Origin: Azolla caroliniana
Taxonomy: Eukaryota; Plantae; Polypodiophyta
Length of the DNA stretch: 64,000 nucleotides
NCBI GenBank assembly: GCA_043228905.1
Contig: JBHGNT010000017.1
Location: 3,968,001 to 4,032,000, forward strand
Direction of reading: 5' to 3'
A model generated the notes under the pieces. It had not been told where the DNA came from and did no database searches. It was given only the letters and a program-made list of their open reading frames with translations. The translations under genes and the position numbers were made by a program. Below are positions 26,767-37,830 of the stretch, in pieces (the stretch's first letter is position 1; the number at the start of each line of letters is the position of its first letter).

Positions 26767-28364
26767 CCGATCACGGTTGGACTTGTATCAACCGTTACTA
26801 TGATCGGTCGCTCATAGCTCGGCTTCTTAAGTGCTTCAGCCCTCCATAGTGTTTTCTTGAACTTCTTCATGGCTTTGGTGTGTTCCGGTTTCCATTCGAA
26901 CTTCTTCCCCTTCCGCAATAAGTGATAGAGTGGGTTCGCAATATGTGCATAGTGCGGAATCCATATGTGGTAAAATGCACAAGCTCCAAGAAACCTTCGG
27001 ACTTCGGATTATGACTCGCATACTTCTTTCATGGCTTGAATCACATCGATCTTGGTCGGTGACGGTCTTCGGCCGTAGGGCTCACATAGATGTCCGACTA
27101 CCAATATCTCTTCTTGCCCGAATGCCAATTTCTCCCCGGAAAGTGTTAGGTGCACATCTTCTAACTTTCGAAGCACTTTCTCGCAATCACGAATATGGTC
27201 GACTACGAACTTTCGGCATCCCCGATCATCCATAGTTTCATCTTTTTCTTCTACCGCGCATCCTTTCATTGGAATGTCATCTAGAAACGGCATCGTTATC
27301 TCCGGAATGCAATCTCGAAGCACCTTGTTCATCATGTTCATCATATGTGCAACCGAGTTTATCGCTCCTTGTGGTAGTGTGCACATTCAGACTAATCCTA
27401 TCGGTGTCCGCATGGTAGTGATGTCTCGGCTCTCCACGACTAGTTGGAATTGGTCATACCCCAAGTATAGGTCTCCGATGGAGTATATTGCACGACCGGC
27501 AAATGCTTCCGCAAATTCGTCCACTATCGAACCGACTCCAGAGTTCTAGATCATGACCTTGTTCATTGGTGGCAAGTCTTGGATAAATCGGAGTGACCCA
27601 TTCTTCTTCGGAACCGTAAACCATTGATTTGAGTACGGAGCGTTTGATGGTTCTAGAATCCCCATTGCCACCTTCTCCTTGAGCAAGTCAATGATTTTGG
27701 GAATATGCGCCTACGGCACCGGAATCGGTTTCAGGTTCCACGGCACATGGTCAATCGTGAAGATCACCATCGGCTCCACTATCTTCGGATCAACGCACCC
27801 TATCTCCTTCGATGTGAATGCAAATGCTTTCCCATGTTGTTCCAACATCCCACGAAATGGAAAGGAAACCACCTCCACCAATACGAAGTTTCTTCCGGGT
27901 CTCATTCGTGAAGGCATGTCCGATATCCACGGACTTCCGAAGTGTCAGATCTGTCGAGACTTCTTTCCTCTTTTGTTCACTGTCGGTGGGTAATGGTCCC
28001 ACGGCCGGTTTCACTTTCTTCTCCACGATTTTGTATTTCATACTTACCATTGCTTCTTCTTTGCGGAGCGCATCCGACCCCATTTTCGCAATGATCTCGT
28101 ACATCTCGACCGATTCCACTGGGACTACTCGGTCTCCTTGGCTTTTATCCTCCACAAGCTCTTCAAGCCATTGTAGTGTGCTCCCATAGAACACTTCTTC
28201 GACTACCCCCACGATTTCTTCGTCTTCTTTTATTATTGATGCCGACCGCAACTTGTCCTCTACTTTTTGGTATTCCTTCTTCTTTCCTCCGGTTACGACT
28301 GTGTACGTAGATGCCCCATCCGGACCGATTCATACTTGTTTTGCTCCGAGAGTTTTCTTCCTAT

Positions 28365-28428
28365 GTGGGGTATTAGGGCTTCTCGGACTATCACTTCCCC
28401 ACTTCACAACAGTCCACTCTAAAAATCC
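28365..28428 (-). promoter_or_regulatory. Putative -1 programmed ribosomal frameshift signal in G3
   Basis: G GAU UUU heptamer (28428-28422) directly before the ORF1 stop, a 6-nt spacer, then two interlocking stems. Confidence 0.65.
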
Positions 28429-30492
28429 ATCCTTGTTTGGAACAAGAGCTCTCTCTTGTTCCTTTCATGATTTGCCGACACAATTAGGAATTGGATGGAT
28501 TTCCCTCCGCTTTAGCCCCGAATTCGTGCAAAAGCCGCACCACAATCGAGCACCTTTGTCTCCATCCGTGATAAAGGGTTGCCCGAGGATCACGGAATGT
28601 GAGACCTCTTCTTGTATGAAGAAATTTTGGTCGATCTCGACATCCCCGATCTTCACCGTCACATCCAAACAAGCCGCAAATAGATCTTCCGTTGTTTTAG
28701 TGGCTGCCCAGATCTTCCATCCATGGTTAGTGTTTATAGGCCACTTCCCCTTCCGGTAGAACTCCTTGGACATCAAATTGATCTCCGATCCGTGATCAAT
28801 CAATTCTAGCATGGGCTCTTTGATGTTGCCAATTCGGACCGGAGTCTCCGTAGTTGCACGTGCCCAATGTGGCCTTGTGTAGCGGGAGTTCGGAATTTCG
28901 TCCTGCACTTTGGTGTCATTCATTAAAACCATGTTCGCAATTACCGTTGGTGCGTTCTCCTCCATACTTTGTCTTTTTCTCTTCACGAGATTCACAAGAA
29001 GATCATGGAACTCCTTCTTCGCTATTCCGAGTAATTCCCGAACAGAAAATTCCACCCGGCAATTGAGGATTCTCTCCTCGAACACTTTTTTCAAGTGCGT
29101 TTATTGTTCGATGTCCGAGGCGAGTTTGAATGCCGGAATCGTCTTTTCTTTCCCCTTCCCTCCAGAGTTCCAGCTTTCTGGTGTCTTTGATGGTCCAGCC
29201 GCATCATCCGTGCGCCGTCGTTTCTCGTCTACATACACCTCATGCAATTGACATAGAGCGTGTACACTATTCTTATCAATGGAACACTCCCATCTCGTAG
29301 CTTCTTGGATGCCTTCCGCGGTGCTTCGGATATCATTGGAATCGGTTTTCTCAGGGTTTCCTAGCACTTCCAGCCAAAAAGATGCCTTTGCTTCCAATGA
29401 CTCCCTGACACGTATTCCCGCAGTTGTCGCATAATCGCTTTTCACCGCTATTTCCTCCTCAAGGACCTTCTTCATGCCGCATTTCTAGAAGTTCGGTCGG
29501 AGTGGCTTCCGAGAGTCCATCGAATGGATCCGATTTCCCTCGTAGTAGATAAGATCCCGTCATAACGCCTCCTTGTGCTTGTCGCAATCCCTCAGATCAT
29601 GTTCGGTGCTATAGCACCATATGCATTGACAGTCCATATACTTGGAGCTTGTGGGATGGTCATCCGACTTCTTTACCATTGCGATTTTCAGATTCTCCAT
29701 TTCTTTCAGCAACTGGTCCACTGTGGTTGCATCGATTCCCTTCTCGATCGTCGTCTCCCGAGCCCTCAGTTGATGGTCTTCCAATCCAGATCTCGGTTTC
29801 GGAATCGGTTCTGAAACCCTCTTTTCTTCGCTAGCAAGCCATCACCCCCTCTTCGTGTATCGCGCGACGATATCCCGCACGCTTTCCCATGTTTCGGTGA
29901 GGCTACTCTCAGTGGTCGTGTCCTCCAAAAGCACTCCAAGATCTTTCCAGTCCCGAATGTCCATGGCTCGTAGGAACATGATCACTTTGTCCGGTGCGAG
30001 GATAGCTTGATCTCTCGTAGACAACCTCCCGAACTGACTTTCGAATGACGAAAACACATCGAGGACCTTCATCCCCTTATCCAGTGTTTCCACCCAATCT
30101 TCGAATCCCCTCCTCGTTGCTTTGGAGGAGTCCTTGATGGCGAACGTGGTCTTTAGCGCCTCTTCAAATGCCTCCCACATTGGATTTTACTGCCGTATCC
30201 CGTGGATACTCCCTTGAAGCCAATCGGTCCCCACCCGGTTGACGGATGTCACTTGCAGTCCTTCCAAAATCCCGCACCGAAGGTATTATACGTATTAAAT
30301 CTATATCTAAAACACTTAGGATAAGTTAGTACAATGGTAAGATTGAGGTTTGTCTACGTGAAGGTATAGGGTTCGAATCTTGCCCTATGCACGTAACAAT
30401 CTTTTCTTCTATTTACAAATTTGCCTCTTCATCCGGTGAGAGACTCTTGCCAGTTCTGCTTGATCCGGCTCTTACCGAGTCCTCCTTACCGG

Positions 30493-33400
30493 TGTCGTGT
30501 TGTTACACTCATGCGTAGGAAATAAGGCGGGACCGCGGGGGCCCTGAACTGAGGAGCGTGAGAGGGAGAGAAAGAGAGAGGCTCGTAGAAACACAGAGAG
30601 AAAGAAAATGAAAGAATCGAATCCAATAACAATATAGATTACAACTTTCAATGTTACAACCAGCAAGCCGGTGATAAACTAGACACAGACAAACACACGC
30701 CCTGAAATACGTGGTGGAGCCTCTACCGGAAGCACGCGGGCTTTCACGCAGCAGAAGCAGCCAACCTAACCCAAATCCTTACAGAAGCAACAACGATGGT
30801 GGAGGAGAGAGCTCGGTTCCCAGTCTGACAGCACTCTATCCTCTTAGCATGTGATCCCTACTCAAGCCCCTTTCCTCTCCCTTTATAGCACAAGGAGAGA
30901 GTCGTTTACAGACCGTTAAATTCCTGTTATTCTCGTCAATTCCCTACTTAATGAACTAGTGCTACCTAGGATACTTACCTCTCCGGCCTGTACTTAACTA
31001 TGTATATAAATCTATCAAAACATGTGCCCGTGTGTAAGGGCCGGCTCACGCATATCATCCACTAATTTCTCCTAGGGACGGTTTTCTCCACGACATCCGC
31101 CCCCACCTAACCGCGCATCCTCCGGTATGCGCTAGAATAGACTTTCACTGGAGAGGACCGGCTCGCGATTATCTTTCGTTCTCCGGTTCGTCACTTGCCC
31201 CTAACCGGTCGTCACCGCCATCCATGCCCTGTGGGTCCAGTTCGTCCTCGTGCTGCTTCTTGAACGCCTTGATCCTCTTCCCGGCCACCGGCACAACTAT
31301 CCTCGTTCCATCGAGTTCTGTGAGGTGGTAGCTGCCATTGTCGTTGGCGCTTGTCACCACGTAAGGCCCGAACCACCTCCTCGCAAACTTCCGTATCGCC
31401 TTGTGTTGGTTGTTAAGGCTGCTGTCGTAGACCAAAACCCAATCGCCTTCCTCAATTTTCTTTGGTCGTAGTTGGTGAATCCAGTCGAATCGCCCTTGTT
31501 CTTTGTCCTTGCCGCTCACAGCTTTGTCGTCGCCCGTTCTACATCCTCCGGTCTTCGCTCGAGCTGTTGGATTCACGCCGCTAACAGCTCCTCCTGGCTC
31601 ATCTCATCTCTCCAGCCACCGCGGCCCATGAGGACATCGTTCGTTCCATCAGCATGATCGGCTTTTGCCCGTACATTAGCTCCGCCGGCATGAACCTAGT
31701 TACTAAACTGTGCGTAGTTCGGTCTGCCCACAATGTGTAGGGTAGGAGCCGGGGCCAATTCCCGACTTGGCCTCCGCAGGCCCGTACCAACGCCTTTACG
31801 ATGGGCCCGTGTTCGCATTCCACCTTCCCGTTTGCCTCCGGGTTGTATGCCGTAGTGAGGGAGAGCTTGACCCCTAGCCGGTCGAATAGCTCTTCAGCTT
31901 CCTGCGTGTCCAACTCCCCTCAATCTACCACGATCTTCCCTACACACCCATACCGGCACACCACCTCCTCAATCAGGAATCGGCACACCGTTGTAGTCGT
32001 CTTATTCTGCAGTGCGCGGCCCTCTACTTGGTTCGTCAAGACTTCTCATGCCAGCACCAAGTACTGCATCTGCCCTATCCCCATCGGCATTGTCACTAGA
32101 TCCACCATCCACTTGAAGTGGACGGTCGGCGGGTAAGTCGGATGCAGCTCATCCCAATGTCGGACTATGGAATGCATCTGACAGCTTTCGCAAGTTGTTA
32201 CGAACCGATGCACGTCCTGGTATAGTCCCCGCCACCAGTACTTCTCCTTCAGCTTCTCGATCATGGCCCATGTCCCCCGGTGCCCGGCCCAAGGACTCTC
32301 GTGATACACCATTAGCAATGCTTCCTGCTCTTCCTTCCTTGCCACCACCCAGAGTGGGACTCTGTCTCGCTTCTTCGGGTGCTTCCATATGCTTCCGTCT
32401 CACATGAAGAACCGGTATGCTTTCTTCCGGATCCAGTTAGCCTCATCCCTCGTCCATGCCGCTCCCGACATCATCATCTTCAAGAACCCACCAATCTGGA
32501 GCCACTCCCCATCATACCTACTCTCGTTGAACTCGTTAAGCACCAGAGTGCTCCAACCTTTGCCGATATGTGAGCCGACTCGAAGAAGTCCTCACCAACT
32601 TCTTCGTTCTCCAAAACCATGTCGTCTTCGTCGTCGAACTGTGCTCTTGAAAGCATATCAGCCATGGTGTTGTCCTTACCAGAGATGTGTCGTATCTCCG
32701 GATTTAGAGACTTAATGTATGCGATCCACCTAAGCATTGCCAGGTTCGGAGTCGCACATCCAGAAACCATACCGAGAATTGGTAGGAATTCCGTTTCGAT
32801 TATTACTTCCGTCCCGATTAGATAGTCCTTGTCGGCCTTGACTGTCGAAACGATACCCCACAGTTCGCGCTTGTGTCTACAGTTACGTAGACGGGGACCC
32901 TCTTGTCGTAGATCGCCTTTCGAAGAGCTGGTGCCGCAGTAAGCGCCTCTTTTAATCTCCGGATCAATTCTGTATGTTCATCACTCCATTCGAATTTTCG
33001 CCCTTTTTTAAGCAATCCATAGAGCGGTTCCACGACATGTGTGGTGCGGGATCCAAATGTGATAGAATGCGCATGCCCCCAGGAACCTCTGCACCTCTGT
33101 AACCGACTTGCATTCCTCCTTCATCGCGGAGATGGCCTCTACCTTTGCCGAAGACGGTTTCCGGCCGTAAGGCCCGCACAGGTGACCGACCACAAGGATC
33201 TCTGGCTGCCCGAAAGCCAACTTCTCTCCGGAGAGGGTGAGCCGCGCACCCCTAGCCTTTGCAACACCTTCTCGCAGTCATCAATGTGGTGCGCCACGAA
33301 TCTTCAGCATCCGTTCGGCCCAATCATTTCATCCTTATCCTCCACCGGGCACCCCTTTATCGGTATATCGTCCAGAAACGGCATGGTGATGTCCAAGATG

Positions 33401-36400
33401 CAGTCCCTCAACACCTTGTTCATCGCATTCACCATGTGTGCCACTGAGTTTGTCCCTCCTTGCGGTAGGGTACACATCCGCACTAATCCGAGAGGTGTCC
33501 GCATCGTCGTGACATCCCTGCTCTCCTCGACTAGTTGGAACTAGTCGTACCCTGAGTATAGATCCCCGACCGAATAGATCGACCTCCCATCGAAGGCCTC
33601 TACAAACTCGTCGATCGTCGGTCCGACTCCTGCATTCTGAATGGTCACTTTATTGACTGGCTCCAGGTCCTGAATGAAGCGCAACGTGCCGTTCTTCTTA
33701 GGCACAATAAACCACCGATTTGAGTATGGGGCACTCGACGGTTCCAGGATGCTCATCTCCACCTTCTGCTTTAGCAGCTCCATCATCTTCGGGATGTGAG
33801 CTCTGTTCTGTGTACTAGAATAGGTTTGAGATTCCACGACACATGTGGTATCGTAAAAATAACCATTGGCTCAACGATCGTCGGGTCCACACACCCAGTC
33901 TCTCCCAGCGAGAATACGAAGGCCATTCTCCGAAACCGTTCCTCCTCCGCCGGCTGTAGAAAGCCAACCCCACCAACCTTGAGCTCCCGTAGCGTTGTGT
34001 TGGTGAACCGGTGTCCTATGCCGGCCAAATCCCGTAGACTTGGGTCTGATGTGACCCCTTTCATCCATAACCCGCTACCCTCCGGCAAGGGTGCTGCGAC
34101 TGGCCTCACCTTCCGGTCCACAGTCTTGTACCTCGTATGCCCGCATGCCGTCCAATCCAACTTGAGCCTTTCCCTGAAGTCAGTAATGACTCTGTACATT
34201 TCCACCGAGTTAACCGGAATCATCCGGTTTTCACTGAGGCCTTCATTGATCACCTTCCCAATTTCCCTGAGGGTGTCGTCGAAAGAGACCGCCTCCACGA
34301 CGCCGCTAATTTCCTCATCGAGGGCAAGGACTCCACGTATCCTGAGTCGTTCCTCCACCCGTTTCTTCTCCCAGCCAATGATGTCGGCTATCGTACAACC
34401 TCCACTATCGGAGAGCCAAAACTTCTAACCTATGGTACATGTGTGGGGATCCTCTGAGGTGTCCAGACTATCCCCTCTGCTTTCGCCGCCGAGGGTCTCG
34501 CGATTGCGGTCATGGTTCGGTCGCATGGTCAGGAATTGGACGGAGTGTGGTCCATCTTGGCTCTTCACGCGTGTGTACGCCAAACCGTTATCCAGCACTT
34601 TCGTCTCCATACGTGCTGCCATAATGTACGGTTCTCCGAGTATCACCGGATGCGAGGATGTCTCCTGCACGAAGAAGTGTTGGTCGATCTCGACATCACT
34701 GATTTTCACCCTCACATTCGGCCAAGCCCCATGTAGCTCCTCCATGGCACACGTCGCCGCTCGTATTTTCCACTCGTGCTTGGTGTTGATCGGCCACTTG
34801 CCTTTCTTGTAGAAGTCCATAGACATCAGGTTGATTTCCAAGCCGTGGTCTACTAATGCTACCACCGACTCCTAGACGTCCCCGATCCTAACCGGGGTCT
34901 CTGTAGTGGCTCTTGCCCAGTGCAGCTTTGAATAGTGGCTTTCCGCCAACTCGTCTTCCATGGCCATGTCTTCTAGGTGCGTCGTTCGCACCTCCACCAG
35001 CCTCTCCGGCTCCGGCTCTGTCGAAAGTCTTTTTCGCATCACCAAGTCCACGATGGAGTCATGGAATTCTTTCTTGGCGATCCCGAGCACTTATCTTAGC
35101 GACAGCTCTACCTTGTTGTCGAGGATTTGTTCCTCAAGGACCTTCCGTAGGTCCGTCGTTCTTTCTATGTCAGTGCTCAACCGGTAGCCGACTTTCTTTG
35201 CTTTATCCAGTGTGCCGGCAGCACTGACGTCATTCTGCCTCAGCCCGAATCGAGTCTTGTACCGTTGCGAAGATCTGGCCCCTTCAACCTTTCCCGCATG
35301 CTTGTCTTCTACCAGAACTTCGTAGTTCTGGCACACGGCTTCCACAAAGCCGGTTTTTTTCTTCGACCGGATCGGTCCACCCGGTGACCTCCTGAACCCG
35401 TCTTTCCGCACGGTCCACTTCCTCCCTTCCCAACCGTACGCCGGTGAGGCCTTCTAGTACCACCGGCCAAAACCCGGAGTCTTTCGTCTTCCGGCCTTCA
35501 TCACTCCCGACCCGGATTCCTACCGACGCCGAGTAGTGGATGGTCTCCGCATGGCGCGTCGCCGCTTCTTCCATCAGTCTCTTCATCCCTCCCCGTTCGA
35601 TATTCAGCTCCAGGGCTCTCCAGGTCTCTTTAGCATGCACCCTCCCGTTCCATAGGAATACCACATTAGCCTTTATTGCTTCTGCGAAGTCCACGCAATC
35701 CTTCCGAACGTGACCAACCGCGTCACACCACAAGCACCGATGCCCGTTCAGAGGGCTTCGGTCGTGAGGCTACTCGCCGTCGTCCCTCCTTGCTAGTGCA
35801 ATCTGGAGGTCTCGTACCATCTGCGTCAGCTCCTCCAGAGTCGCTCCGCCAAACGGCCCCTTGACCACGTTGGACGAGCCTGTCTCAAGCCAACCCCGGG
35901 TTTCCTCCTTGCGCGCCAGCGGGGGTCCCTCGAGGTTTCTCGCCAAAACCCCTCCTGTCCCCAACGAGCCCTTGTCGTCCGTTTGTCGAAACGGCCGCAG
36001 ACCCCCTTTACCACGGCCCAGTCGGTTGTTAGCCCATCGTCCGTCTCTAGCAAGAGACCCACTTGCTCCTGATCCCTCACATCCACAGCTTTGACGAATA
36101 AAAGGACATGGCTCGTGTCCAGTATGGTCCTGTCTAGCGCCGAAAGTCGTGCGAAGCGTTCCTCGAACTCCCGGAAGAGCACCGACGCATTCCTCCCCTT
36201 TCCTGGATTCTCTACCCAAACCATGAAATCCCGCTTCGATAACCGAAGCGTGTCATCAAACCCATACCGCTCGAGGAGCTGCGCTTCAAATTCTCCCCAG
36301 GTCCGGCATCCAGCCTACACCTCGAGCACCTCTGCGTGGATGCCCGGTGTCGCTACCCGAGGGAACCCAGCTAGACGCCTTTCTTCCAGGATGTCCCTCA

Positions 36401-37830
36401 TCACCATCTCGGCCCTGTAGGCCACCAAATAACTTGTGGCATCCTTCCCATTGAACCGGCCTATTGTGCCGACAATTGCTTCGATGGCGCTGTCGAGGGT
36501 GCCCATGCCCTCGCGAGCACTTACTATCCAATCTACTGCCGCCATGGCTTCGGCGAGCTCTGATCCCCTCATTTTTTATTCCTTTGCCGCCTTAATTCAC
36601 ACCGGGTTCACCAAATTAATGTCGTGTTGTTACGCTCACGCGTAGGAAATAAGGCAGGACTGCGGGGGCCTTGAACCGAGGAGCATGAGAGGGAGAGAAA
36701 GAGAGAGACTCGTAGAAACACAGAGAGACAAAAAATGAAAGAATTGAATCCAATAACAATATAGATTACAACTTTCAATGTTACAACTAGCAAGTCGGTG
36801 ATCAACTAGACACAGACAAACGCACGCCCTAAAATACGTGGTGGAGCCTCTACCAGAAGCACGCAGGCTTTCACACAGCAGAAGCAACCAACCTAACCCA
36901 AATCCTTACAGATGCGACAACGATGGTGGAGGAGAGAGCTTGGCTCCCAGTCCGATAGCACTTCTTCCTCTCAGCATGCGATCCCTACTCAAGCCCCTTT
37001 CCTCTTCCTGTTATTCTCCTCGATTCCCTACTTAATGAACTAGTGCTACCTAGGATAGTTACCTCTCCGGCCTGTACATAGATTGACACATGCGTGATAT
37101 TCGTGATATTCTCCATGCGCAATATTCTCAATATTCGAGAATACAAAATGGCCCCAAGAATATTAAAAAACCATTCGTTTTGTAAAATAAATATAAAAAA
37201 TTATTTATTTATTTAAATAAATGTATTTCCCCAAAAAAAAACAATTATTCATTAATAGATTATAGTGTCAAGAGAGTTTATGAAACTTATTTTAATTAAT
37301 TAAATTTTTTTTAACGAATATTTTTATATTTATTATACAAATATGATTAGTATGAACTTTGAAGATATGATTAGTTTGGAGTACCATTTTTAATGTCAAG
37401 ATAAAAATATCCATAAGTTTTGAGGAAATAAAAGTGAGAGATTAATGAGCCTTTATTTTATTTTATTTATTTATTTATTAAAAATAAAACAACTATACAT
37501 TTATTATAAAAATTTAGTAGTGTCAAGTCCCCAAAGTCCCTCTTTTATTATACCTATTTATTGTTAAGTTCCTTTTTTTTATCTTAGGAATTTTTTTTTT
37601 AAAAAACGTTTTTTTTTGGGGGGGGGAGGGGGTAAAACGAATACTTGACTACCCATTCGTATTCATATTCGTTTGCATTCGAATGGGAATCCCCACGAAT
37701 GCGAATATGTCAATCTATGGGCCTGTACTTAACTATGTATATAAATCTATCAAAACATGTGCCCGTGTGTAAGGGCCGGTTCACGTATATCATCCACTGA
37801 TTTCTCCTAGGGACGGTTTTCTCCACGACA
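30493..37830 (-). mobile_element. Ty3/gypsy element G4, near full length, degenerate (LTRs 30493-31095 and 36620-37830), inserted in the G3 5' LTR
   Basis: LTR pair with TSD CCGG/CCAG. Trp-type PBS at 36596-36613, gag ATG at 36572. CDAVGHVRKDC knuckle, PR LVDHGLEIN, RT YSVGDLYSGYD/LPQGGTNS/FLDD, INT GHRG/YNPEANG. Confidence 0.95.
37077..37719. mobile_element. hAT-type MITE, copy 2 (inverted relative to copy 1)
   Basis: TIRs CATAGATTGACA / TGTCAATCTATG. 8-bp TSD GGCCTGTA at 37069-37076 and 37720-37727. Absent from the partner LTR at ~30990. Confidence 0.95.

Noticed and set aside
21722-26771. CG inside copia TSDs (CCGAT, CCCGG) as evidence that copia also targets CG
   Set aside because: Only two cases, with CG at different positions in CG-rich hosts. 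They do show that background CG must be controlled in the gypsy test.
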